The translations under genes and the position numbers were made by a program. A stretch of DNA of 64,000 bases from positions 744,001-808,000 of the forward strand of contig JAQGDQ010000028.1 in the NCBI GenBank assembly GCA_030141605.1, given 5' to 3'. Below the pieces are notes generated by a model. The model did no database searches. It was given only the letters and a program-made list of their open reading frames with translations, and was not told the origin of the DNA. The stretch's first letter is position 1; the number at the start of each line of letters is the position of its first letter. Positions 37,444 to 49,103 of the stretch are shown piece by piece. Source of the DNA: Tubiluchus corallicola (Eukaryota; Animalia; Priapulida).

Positions 37444-39216
37444 CAATTTTTGCATAAGTTGATTTCATGGTGATGAGGTCTGGTGGATAATGAAGCTGTT
37501 AAACGGTCACCTCAGAGTGCCAAATAAATTTGTTGCAGCACAAACTTTCAAGTTGCTTTAAAATCTTGGAAATAATCACCTTTCTAATGTAGCATTATGA
37601 TTCTTCAACAAATCGAAAAGCAAAATTTCCATTCAAATGATTAATGATGTTTGAATGAATTTGATTTGTTTAAGTTTTTTAACTGCAAATTGGATAATAC
37701 TTTTTTGTAACAATGAAAAGTTGTGTAGTCTGGATTTTAGTTAGTTTATGCAGTTGAAATTGAGGCACTGTGCACTTACATCACCAGGCAATGTGTAAAT
37801 AGAAAATGAAATAGCTATAGTGGTAATGCTCAAATGGTTTTAACTTGCAAAAGGTGGCACTGTATACAAACAATAATATTAATTTAATGAAAAATTTATG
37901 AGATGTATTAAATCATACAAGTAATTTAACTATTTTATTCTCCGCATAGTTCTTCTGAAAAGCCATACATTCCACAGTTTACAGTTTTTCACTCTCAAAT
38001 GTTCAGAATTTCCATTAAAAGTTTAAATAGGATTTTCGCTAAAAGATTCATGTGAAATTTTGTATCACCTACATACTACCTACAGAACTGAAAACTTGTA
38101 TTAACAATAACGATGTATAATAGTGAGCCAGTGACATTATAAATTTAAATTCAAATTTTACATAAGAATTCTCTTTTCCAGCCACATATACCTTTTAGAC
38201 AGGTAATGCTAAATAATATGTTTTATGGAAAGATTTTTAGGACATGCTTTAAAATTCGCACTTTTTAAAAAAAGTAAAATTAATAATCGATAGTGGCACT
38301 GTGTGCATAGTTTCTTTAAATTTTGATTTCATTGACTAAGAAACAACATTCACTCAGTTTTGTTTCTATCGTGCATCAACCTTGCAAAAACTTTTATTAG
38401 CCTCACTTCATTCTTTTCCCTCAAATATGCCCACAGTTTTTATGCGCGAATGGAAATCTTGAACACTTGATACAAAAAAGGTACAACTTCGAAAAACACG
38501 TATTTTTATATAGCATATTTGCAATATATAGAATTATGAAAGTTTTTAGCTTAGCTTCTCGCAGATATTATTATTTGTGAAATTAATTTTAGTTTTTGTA
38601 CTTTCTTGATTAGCAACAATAGTTATTGTTTAGAAAGTAAAAGTTTGTCTGATTTTATACAACATTGACTAAGACAGAAAAGGTATTGATCATATAAATT
38701 ATTGCTTTTTGGTGATGCAAAAGCAATAATTTTTATGATGCCCGAGCAGTCTGGAAGGTTTAAAACAAGTTGAATGATTTTTTGCCTATAGAACAAAGTT
38801 GAACTTTGCACTGTAGTTGCTGTACATTGTAAGAAGCTCCATTTATTGAGCATTTATGCATCATTTGGATATGTGAAATTTGGATAAATACCATTGCCTT
38901 TAGTTGTTAAACTGCATATCTAGCTTTAAAGTATTATTATTTATTCTTGAAAAATCAGTACTGTGTAATTAGAACTCTATCTTAGGTCCGCTCTTATTCA
39001 GTGTGGCAACTGACCACAAGCCTTGTTCGAGGTAATAAGTATCAAAAATCCATGCCAGATGTTTAAAGTGAAGTAGTGCGTGCATCATCTCTTATTTTTG
39101 CATTAAATCATGGACTGCCAGTCGTGAGTCATCGTTGATGTGATGTAAAATCATTACTGCTTTTTGTCTCTGACCCTGAGTTCTGATTTATCACTATAAT
39201 AAGGCAACATGAACAT

Positions 39217-40215
39217 TTATTCTAATAGCTCCCACAACTTGACCAGACAGTCATCTGAGGCAGAGGCGAGGAATCCAGGAATCTTAGGATTCCATTGTAT
39301 AGAATTCACATCATCATTATGTGCCCGAGGCTGCGAACAAATAATGTCATAGTTATCATTCAAGTCTTCGCTTTCATGGAATACACATATTTTATCATCC
39401 CCGCCGGCAGTGGCAATCATCCCTGTTAACTTACACCAGCTGACGTCAAATATTGTCCTATCATGATATCCGGTTAATGTACAAATGCACTTGCTAGAAT
39501 CCCACGATGTACAGGTGCGAATGCCATCTTGTTTCTCAGATGTCAGATCTTGCCATATTCGCACTGTCATGTCGGCACTGCAGGACGCCAGACGGGATCC
39601 GGTTGGGTCAAGAGATATTGCCCATACAGTGGAAGTGTGTCCTTCCAATGTGCTGAAACATGTCCAATCATCATCATCTTCTTTATAAAACTTTATCGTG
39701 TTATCGTAACTACAAGAAATCAAAATCGGATAATGAGGATGCCATAATACTTTTTTCACATCTTGAGTGTGTGTATGCAAAACGCTTGCACACTCATAAT
39801 CATCTTCATCGGTAACATCCCAAATCCACACGGTTTTATCCCTGCTGCAGGTTGCTAGGAGACGACCGGAGTCGGTTGTGCACCATGTCGCACACTTCAC
39901 CTCATTTTCATGTCCTTCCAGCGTAGCGTTGCACTCAAAAATACCGGTCCGCTTATCCCAGATACCAACCGTCCCATCGAAACTGGCTGTTGCAAGCAAG
40001 TTCCCACATTGTGACCAGGCAATGTGACGTATCGTACGTTCATGTGCATCTTTCAGAATTGTCTTGCACCTCCATTTCTCACCTTCTTGGGCCCAAATAC
40101 GAACGGTTTGGTCTCCTCCACAAGATGCAAGGCTAGTGCCGGAAGGATTCCACGCTACACACCAGACTCTTTCTGTATGCCCTTCTAAAGTGCAGAGTTC
40201 CTTCAATCTAGACAT
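39217..40215 (-). CDS. CIAO1: Cytosolic iron-sulfur assembly component 1 (Ciao1/Cia1, WD40), 332 aa, single coding exon
   Basis: Seven WD40 repeats with CIAO1-typical ATLEGHENEVK, LATCSRDKTVWIW, EDDYECASVLHTHTQDVKKVLWHP, SCSYDNTIK, DDDDW, AHNDDVNSIQWNP; splice acceptor at 40238-40237 in the 5' UTR. Confidence 0.97.
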   Translation of the reverse strand: MSRLKELCTLEGHTERVWCVAWNPSGTSLASCGGDQTVRIWAQEGEKWRCKTILKDAHERTIRHIAWSQCGNLLATASFDGTVGIWDKRTGIFECNATLEGHENEVKCATWCTTDSGRLLATCSRDKTVWIWDVTDEDDYECASVLHTHTQDVKKVLWHPHYPILISCSYDNTIKFYKEDDDDWTCFSTLEGHTSTVWAISLDPTGSRLASCSADMTVRIWQDLTSEKQDGIRTCTSWDSSKCICTLTGYHDRTIFDVSWCKLTGMIATAGGDDKICVFHESEDLNDNYDIICSQPRAHNDDVNSIQWNPKIPGFLASASDDCLVKLWELLE

Positions 40216-41339
40216 AGATGCAGAAGTCCAGTATTCCTAAAAGAAGAATAAGCATTTTATTGTCTCTTACATGTGGCTACACATAAACACCTAGGCTCGT
40301 TACACCTGCTTCTGGAAATGTGATGTCTGGTAAAAGAATGTTCAGAATGCACTATTCAAGGCAAATATGTGAAATAAATGGCAACTAATACAAGGCTACC
40401 GTATACAACTGATCTAATGTTACAGAACCAAACGCATTTGCTATTGATGGACTATCAGTTCTAAATACATGTGTAAGAAGTCGCTTTCGACGAAAAGCTT
40501 CTCCAATGTGGTAGATCCTAGACAGTCTCTACTTGTTTGTTACTTTCAGTTTATTTTTGTTAATAACCTCTCGTTTATTTTGCTTTCTGTTGATTTTGTT
40601 GTCCTTATGCCTAGTGGCTTGTAAAAGAGGTAATCGTAATAGTAAGACAGCAAACCACTAACCGAAAACACAACATAAGCAAGATGCAGCAGGATATAAT
40701 TATACGTACAAGGCGCAGTATCACTGCATAATTTTCAGTTGCAAATTCATAATTATTAATTTTGCTGTAAAATAAATTAAATGCACGTATAATCACAACA
40801 AAATTAATTAAGTGATGCCGTCACTGATGCGCTACATCAGTGCCTTGAAATCTGCAGAGCAGTTAAGGCAAGGGGGTCACTGCATTCTGAAACATTATCA
40901 GCCTGGGATTATGCAAATCCCCAAGAGCTGGAATACTTTGGTACGTGGTGAAAGTCATCAAACGGTTTTGTTTGTCAATGAAGCCGCTTCATTTATCAAC
41001 GAAACGACTTCTTGGATCAATCAGAAATTGTTGTTTACATTCCAGTGATCACAGATAACAACATTACGTTGCTATGCAATGCTACGTTCATGGGCATTTT
41101 TAGACTGTTGCGGTTTTTTGGGTTATAACTCTGATTCAACCTAACTCCCGGTAGACCACACCAGAGCAAATTAAGCAATGACATAGACATTGTAATTGAC
41201 TGGCTAACCAAAAGGAGACCAATTACCTGGTACCACCGCAGCAACAAAATATGGACACGTTTTCGTGAATATTCAAGTGCACATAATAACTGTCGTTACT
41301 ATTTTGAAGTATCTTCACATATAAACTTTAACCTATTGA

Positions 41340-41815
41340 CATCGTCATTGGTTTCCAGGCATCAGGCGTAAACATTAAACAGTTTTCATCGTCAGGCACA
41401 GGCATTAAGTAGTCGTCAAAATTAGGCACAGGCAGCTGTTAACATCTTTTGACAAAGATGTTAAACAGTTGTCATCGTTATAGGTGTTCAGGCACAGAAA
41501 TCAGGTAAGTGCCATCGATATTAAGCACAAACATCAGGCAAATGCCAGTGTCTTCAGGTATGGATATTACGTAAATGTCACCATCACTGGTCTTCATGCA
41601 GCCACAAACATCAGTCAAATAAAGCCAGTACCATCGAGTTTCAGGTTTCATATTCAGACATGAAGCAAATGTCATTATTTTGAGGAACCAACATAAAGTA
41701 ATTCTGTTATTGGGTTTTCAGGCATCACAGCAATTTTCATCATTTTTGGATACAGGCATTAAACATTTACCACCACCATTGGTGTTCAGACACAGATATG
41801 AAACAGTTGTAGTCT
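41340..41815. repeat. Degenerate ~30-bp tandem repeat array
   Basis: Recurring caggcac/caggcat, attaaaca, gtcatcg/ccatc submotifs. Confidence 0.55.
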
Positions 41816-42164
41816 TCTCCGAGCACAAAAACTAATTCTTGAAAGTATAGTGTGAACACGCCTTTATATTAACAAATTTCGAATCTGAATGTTTGTGTAA
41901 TATAATCTCAGTGAGCTATCATCATAAACACATCAACAAACCCCGTTTAATGAAGCGGAAGACAGAAGGGAGATTAATGGTATCTGCCGCAAGTATTATT
42001 GTATAAATTACCTATGAAACAATAAATATTTATGCTAACAGAGTTCTCTTGCAGAATACCACACCAAAATTTGTGCACTTGACAGCTTGTTCCAAACCAA
42101 GTATGAAAATAGTACGCTCCAAACATAGGAATTTCAAATGAAATACAAGAAATTGAAAATGTCT

Positions 42165-42310
42165 AAACGGAGAAAAAGAATGATGAAAAAAGGAGGAAAC
42201 AGGAACAAGCCTTCGGAGAAAAGAGGAGGAGAGTAAGAGAGGCAGAGAGAGCAAGTGAGAGAGAAGAGAGAAAGACAATGAGAGAGAGAAGAAACAGCGA
42301 GAGAGAGAGT
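42165..42310. repeat. Polypurine/(GA)n low-complexity tract
   Basis: Directly visible. Confidence 0.85.
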
Positions 42311-43311
42311 ACACAAATGCAAAAATGTGCATTTGTTTGTATAATCGTGGTTTAATAAAGTACAAAACATTTTTATTAAAAATTTACACACATGAACACA
42401 CGCCAAAGCTTTGAAGCCTCCCCCCACCGCACAAGACCCATGCCATTATAACAGGATAAACACAACGCAGCACGAAAATCACGCAATAATAAGCAGAATG
42501 CTTTGCGACGGCTTATGTTTTTCTGTTTACAAACGTTGGCTAAGCCTGGAGCCACGGGGTCGTAACTTGAGACACACGGGTCAGGGTAAAAATCATTCCG
42601 ATGATTAAAGCTGTCATCAAGCAGCAGCACCTGGTCTTACACTAACACGCCTAATGTCCATCTTACTCGGTAGCCCTACGCGTAGAATCAGCGCATCTTC
42701 AGAAGCATCTGGCAGTAGTGGTGGTGGCTTCAGGAGATGTGTATAATTCATTTGCCAAACATACAATCTATTTATTTATAGAACTGTGCGACTCCCCACC
42801 AGCGCCAATCACAGCAAAGCTTGCCTGGTAGTCCTCAAGCCTGGATCTTATGTAAGCTTGTCAAGAGGGTTTCAGAGTGTGTATGCTTGGTCAGCAGTGT
42901 TGGTAGTGTAAATCTTACTGGCACGAGAAGCAGTGAGTGGATAATACGCTGCTCAGTGACGCTGATGGAATTACAAGTGTACGTCTGAGAAAAGCAGATT
43001 AAGTTCCAACAGAGTAAGGTATGCTATCCTGGCAGTGTTGCACGGAATTTAATTTTAAACAGTTATTATATTTATTTTAAATTCATTTCATACATTTAAA
43101 AGTACATAGCATTATATAAAAATTTAATAACACTCAGCGACACTAGCAAAATGATTGTTAAAGTTATTCACTATAACGGTTTTTAGACCGTAACGATATA
43201 TGGCTACCAAAAAGACTTATTGCATTTCTTTCAATAAGAGTGTGTTCCAAAAGAAAAAACAGCATAATTGAAGTATGTTGATACGCATAAATTGGAATGT
43301 ATGAAAATCAA

Positions 43312-44340
43312 GTTATTTATTTATTTCATAATGTTCAAAAGTACAATGCACAAGTGACAAGGCAGTTAAAAAAAGTGAAATAAAATAATAAAGGGCTACT
43401 ACAAAAACAGTGCAAATTAAAGCAAAGTGATGATAATAATATAAGTAGAAGATTAAGGTAAAAAACACAGAGAACTAAAATAGCTGCTGACAAGTGTCTG
43501 TCAAATGGTAAAAATTTGCCAAAATCAACATGACATAGCCATTTTTTAAATAATTTTCAGTTGCCATTATTCACATATGGTGGTATAGTTTATTCCATAA
43601 ACTTACAACTCTGTTGCTGAAGAAATGTTTAAAGTGATTGAGTTTTTTTCATTTCTAATTTCAAATGGTGGCCTCTTGTAATATTTGCAAGTGGTGCAAA
43701 GTTACTTGAGATTGATATGTCACCATGAAATATGCTATAGCACATAGTTAGATCAATATAAATGCACCTTAATTCTAGGGGTTTTAATTTGAGCATTGAT
43801 AATCTATTTGGGTATGAAGTGGAGTTTAACTTACAGCTAGGAAAGAGTCTGCGTGTGCAATATCTTTGTACATTTTCCGCAAGATCTATATCCTTTAGAA
43901 GGTAGGGACTCCAGACGAGTGCAATATTCAACTAATGTAGGCTGTAAGCAGTGCATGCTTATCAGATGTAACACAGCAAAGAAAAAGCATATTGCTTACA
44001 CGATTTGCCTTTGCACAAATATTAAGACAATGAGTAGAATTTCTGCTAACTGTGATTCCAAGATCTAACACTTCATCTTTTAGCGGAAGATTAGTATTTT
44101 CCATTTTATAGTTATGAATAGGGTTTTTGTATCCTTATATGTAGTACAGAGCCTTTATTTACTAGAATCGGAAGTTGGCAGTCATTAGACCACTCAGAAG
44201 TACAATTCATAGCATGCTGAATATTATCATTTCAAGTGTCCAGCACAGTGATATAATTTTACATCATCTGCATATAGTTTACAGTAAGTATTACTAATGG
44301 CATTGAGTAAATCATTTACAAATAATACAAACAGTAGGGG
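43312..44340 (-). mobile_element. 5'-truncated, frameshifted CR1-like LINE
   Basis: PLLFVLFVNDL...KLYADDVKLY (44340-44250), VWSPYLLKDIDLAENVQR..TRRL, YPNRL..LKLKPLELR, TRGHHLKL, FFSNRVVSLWN; (AAAT)n tail at ~43312-43326. Confidence 0.85.
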
Positions 44341-45287
44341 ACAGTTATATGACAGGAAATTTGGAGATATACAAATAAATTATATCATTTTATTTCAATG
44401 TTCTTACGAAGTCGAGGTTCATTTTGGACAAACTAGCAGGTGTTATTCAAAGCACCAAGCCCGATGAACTCGAGTGTGTTTCTCATAACACGCAGTGTCG
44501 TTCCGGCTTATGTCTGCGAGTTGACGGCTCACATCGAGCAGTTATTGTTATACAATCAATCTCTTGCTAATATTCAATACATATTATGTAAGTCTTAACA
44601 CTCATGTATTTCAATGTAATTTTTTAAAGCATATTTCAGCATAATATTATTTATACTGCACTGTCTCTTCTGGAATACCCTGTATAACTACCTAAAATAT
44701 TTATTGTTTTATCTTTTTTAATCTGGAAAAGAGCAATAAAAGCATGACCGAGTTTACAAATAATTATACCCACGCCAAGATCTAGTAGTTAATCAAAAGT
44801 TCTGATTCAAGTCCCAATAAAGGCAGATTACACATTAAAATTCAATGTAAAGCTTTCAGATATTTTCAAGTTTTATAATAAGCTGCTCAGACTTTTTTGA
44901 ACAGTGAATTGCTCAAGCAAGAATGATATTCCTTCAAGATGAAAAAAGTAATAATTTCTAGTGAAAACATAGTGAAAAATACCATGAAGAAAGCTAGTCA
45001 AAGTTATTTGTTACAAATGATCCTTTTCCTTCTCGAGTGATTGTGATGAATAGTAATTGATGATTATATTTACTATAAAAATAGCAACAAATCGATTTTT
45101 TTGTTTCATTTTTAATATTGTTTTGCTCAATGTCTTTTTGAAATTTTCGAGAATTATTGTTATGGCACTGGTCCTATTACATGCATATTTTATCTAATTT
45201 TTGGATTTTTGTAAAAAAATAAAGAACTATGATGTAAAGTACATGGCTACTTTAACTCAGCATAATGACACTACGAATCCACAAAGC

Positions 45288-45437
45288 TGAAAGACAAGAA
45301 ATATGAAAAAGTTGGAATGCAGTTTGGATTTGAACCAGGAACAATCTGTTTGTATTACTGGTGTCTTTGTCCGCAGATGTAGGAAGCTGGTTCAAACCCA
45401 AATTGCGTTCCAACTTTTTAGCATTTCCTGTCTTTCA
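45288..45437. repeat. Inverted repeat, 51-bp arms with a 48-nt spacer
   Basis: 45288-45338 pairs with 45387-45437 (4 mismatches, 3 G-U pairs). Confidence 0.85.
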
Positions 45438-48400
45438 AGTTCGTTATCAAAATTTTATCAATTGTATGTTTTTAACACATTAGTAAAAACCTTTGACATT
45501 AAAATTATATTAATTAATTACGTAGGTAATGTTTCTTGGTGTAATATTTTCTAAATATTTGCAAAAGAAATATGAAAATAGTTGACACACAGTAGACTCT
45601 GACATTAGTACACTCCCATGACACTAAGCACACATAATGGGCAGCTTCTGCTATTTCTATCTGGCAAAAATCAAAACTAGAAATCCATCAAATCCAATTA
45701 ATCCATCCGCCCTAAAGCAGAAGTGAAGTAATTCTCTTTTCATAAACACAGACGATACACATCCGATGCTTGAAACGCCTTTTTCGTTGTTTAGAAAAGC
45801 GATGATCTGATACATTGCACTTGTATACACAAGCATCCATAATTTAATTTTCAGGCATCAATGTCAGAAAAAGCAAACTGCCAATAATTGACATCTGGAC
45901 CACACTCGGATAAAGAAAACTTTGCCGCCAAGAATTTTCTCTTAGTGATTATATCACTATGTCACTAGGCAAAAATAGTATCAAAAAGGTTGTATCATGC
46001 CAAAAAGGGTCTATTTATTGATGCTGTTTTCCTTATGTCCACAAGCTGAGATCGCTTGCTCCATCTATAGATGCATGTGTGAACCAGATGATCATAATTA
46101 CGGAAGTGAATGATAATTTATTTGTCGAGAACACCAGGATATTATGATTACCGGCTTAAGACCGAATGACCGGTGTGATGGCATGCAAATACAAACAAAC
46201 TATATTGCACGGACATCATGTTTTCCAAACAATGCTATGGCCACAAAGACAGACAGCAATGTTTGAAATTAATATACTGCTGTTGTATACTTAAATCTGT
46301 ATTTCAGACATTAAATTTAAAATATTTCAAACTCAGCACACATCATTTTATACATGATTTTCTAACCATTGAGCATCCAGGAATGTTGAACGTTTTGCAT
46401 TTGAAAAAGAGATCTTCTTGCTGCAAAATATTTTTTCCAAAATTTTTTTTTGTTAAAAGTCAAGCTTTTCATTTTAAAATGAATAAAAATGCTACTTGGA
46501 AAAACTTAAAGCTATTACCGTTTTCATACATAAAGACAAACTCAGTAGCTGGCAATGGGTGAAGTAATTTCATTTCAGCTCTGCGCAAAAAAGAACAAAA
46601 ACAAAATTACGACAGACGCAAGACAACGTCAGAACTTTTTCTGAACATTGTGAAACCGATAAGCTACAATTACTGATATGATTTGTAAAAACCAGAGCAT
46701 CAATGACGCTGCAGGTCCCCTGACCATCATGTGTGGCACCTCAAGGATCTTGATATTTAACACAAGATCATTAATTATGACCAAATTTTCTTCACAAATT
46801 CTCATAAGCAATAAAGGTACGCAAACAGCATTAGTTTCCCAGTGGTGCCTCCAGGTCAACAACATGGTCATGCAGTTTTTATGTCCAATTTTTGTGCAAC
46901 TGGTATTTTTGGCCACATTCAACAATTCTTTGTAATTGAGCCACTATACCATCCATTCTGGATCCTCCCTTCCCTGCGGGAGGAAGCACCATGCAAACCA
47001 CCACCCAAAAGTTGTCACCCATCATCTAACATCTATGCTTGACATTTTGACAAAACTTGCTTTTACGGCACTGTAGTTGCAATCAATTGTTCAAATTCTA
47101 GTGGATCCGCCCTCTGGGAAGTTAAAATAATGATTAGTAATGTTGGATAGTTAACAGTGGCATGTCACTTTAATTCCTCACATTAAGCTGAACTTTCCCA
47201 CTATACCAACTACCCTGGATCCTTCCTCCTTTTTTTCCTGGAAGGGGGTAAGACTTTTTGTCAGTGTCGGGTTGTCAGTATGTGACAGGCCACACTAATT
47301 CCTCACATTCAGCTAACTGAGATTCTCCCAATATGCCCACCATTGCTGACTAACTGCTGAGATTGCTACCGGTTTATCCCAGTTCAGGATATGCCCTCGG
47401 GATGATCTTTCACATTGACCATCATCTTGTCCCAAAGTTACAATATACCAAAAATCTCAACCTCAAGTGGCTCAGGCGTAACTCAAATTGTGAACGAACA
47501 ACAGACGGGCGGCTTGAAAAGTCGGAAGACCTAAAAATGATAAAACTAATAACATCACTGGAGTTCTGAGGGCATCTGTTTTGTTAGGATAAAAGAATAA
47601 TTGTTTGGTGAAGCTGTTTGCAGACACTTTATTGGCCTTTAGAAGAAAGCATCTTCGAGAGTCGCTGGGTAAATAGACAAGTTTTGGTAATTAAAGTACT
47701 TACATTTATTCGAAACCCAAGAGACAGGTATTTTTGCATATTATGGTTCATTCAGATTAATACACAGCAATTCTTGCTGACCAAGTAAACAAAAATTAAT
47801 GCCTACAAAATCAATTCAATGTAAAAATAAATTTGCTGCCATTATAAATGTCTGTGCTTTGGATGTGATCAGGAGCAGACACTGTTTGGCAGCTGCAGAC
47901 GTTGAAATGAATGATTTGGGAGAAATCTAAGCTTCACTGGGTATTTCAAATTACCAAAACCTCGGCCCAGTGAGCAATGAATGCATACACTCGTGTACTA
48001 CGATTTCAAAACAACTTAAAACACTACACCTCTGTTTAGGCTTGTTGTACGCTTTGCAATGCCAACACAGCGAGCAATTCTTCCAAAACAGAAATCTTTC
48101 GTTCTGCTGTTAAAAGTGGCGAGTAAACATGGAACACTATTGATGTTTCAACTAGAAGTCAAAGACCACACTTTTGGTTGCCAGAAAATTCTGTGAATAC
48201 AAAATTAGAACAAATTAAATTTACCTGTATCCATGCTCTTCTCTGGACTGCACTGCAGTATTAATTACAGCACTATGAACTTGAAAATGAGATGTATGTG
48301 TAAATGATTTAACATACAGCTTGTTGATTTTTGGTAATCTAATTTGTTTTTGCATAATGAACATTCGACAGTGTTTGAATGAACTTTTTCAAAATGTTCC

Positions 48401-49103
48401 CAAACCAAGTTCTAAACTCTTTCATGCTATAAACATGACTAAATATGTGCAGCATAGCAACCTCCCAGTGAATTACCCAGGCCAGTGAGGTGACAGTGCA
48501 ATAATTATTTTTCTGTTCCATATAGCGGCAAAAAAAATAGATTGTTTTTGTTGAGACAATGATGTTAGCTTAGTGCCAAGTTTTTCTGCTTGCAAAATGA
48601 GAGTGTGACATTCGGCATGTGGTCAGCAATACTAAAAAACATTCGAAGATTCGAATAATTTATTGTTTGTGTACATCACTAGTTTGAAAGTTACTTAAAA
48701 AGAATTTTATTAAGATTCAATGACAATTTGGAAGTGCTACTGATTAACAATGTGGTATGATACACTTGACTGTTGTTGTATCAATTAATTTTTTGGCACC
48801 CTGCAACAATAATTAGCACATGTACTTGCATTTCAAAGTTTGCCAGGTTCGTCACAAATAACAAGAAACTAATGGAACATTGTTACATGCTAAATATTAT
48901 TGAAACATTGGCTTGAACTGAAGTATCATTATTCACATTGTCATTGGAGCATAAAATGTGGGCTAATTTCAACACCTAAATTATGTTGTTTATTTTTTTA
49001 GAATCAATCTTTTTTCAGGCAACAATCATCGCAACATAACAGAAAGCATTCGAAAGACCTTATACCTAACTGCAGGAACTTATCTCAAGAAGACATAGCA
49101 GAA

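Noticed and set aside
39485-39747. Antisense ORFs inside CIAO1 (similarly inside the GPCR and the RT)
   Set aside because: Shadow ORFs of real coding sequence
42030-42427. Leu/Ser/Phe-rich ORFs
   Set aside because: Translation of the (GA)n/(TC)n low-complexity tract
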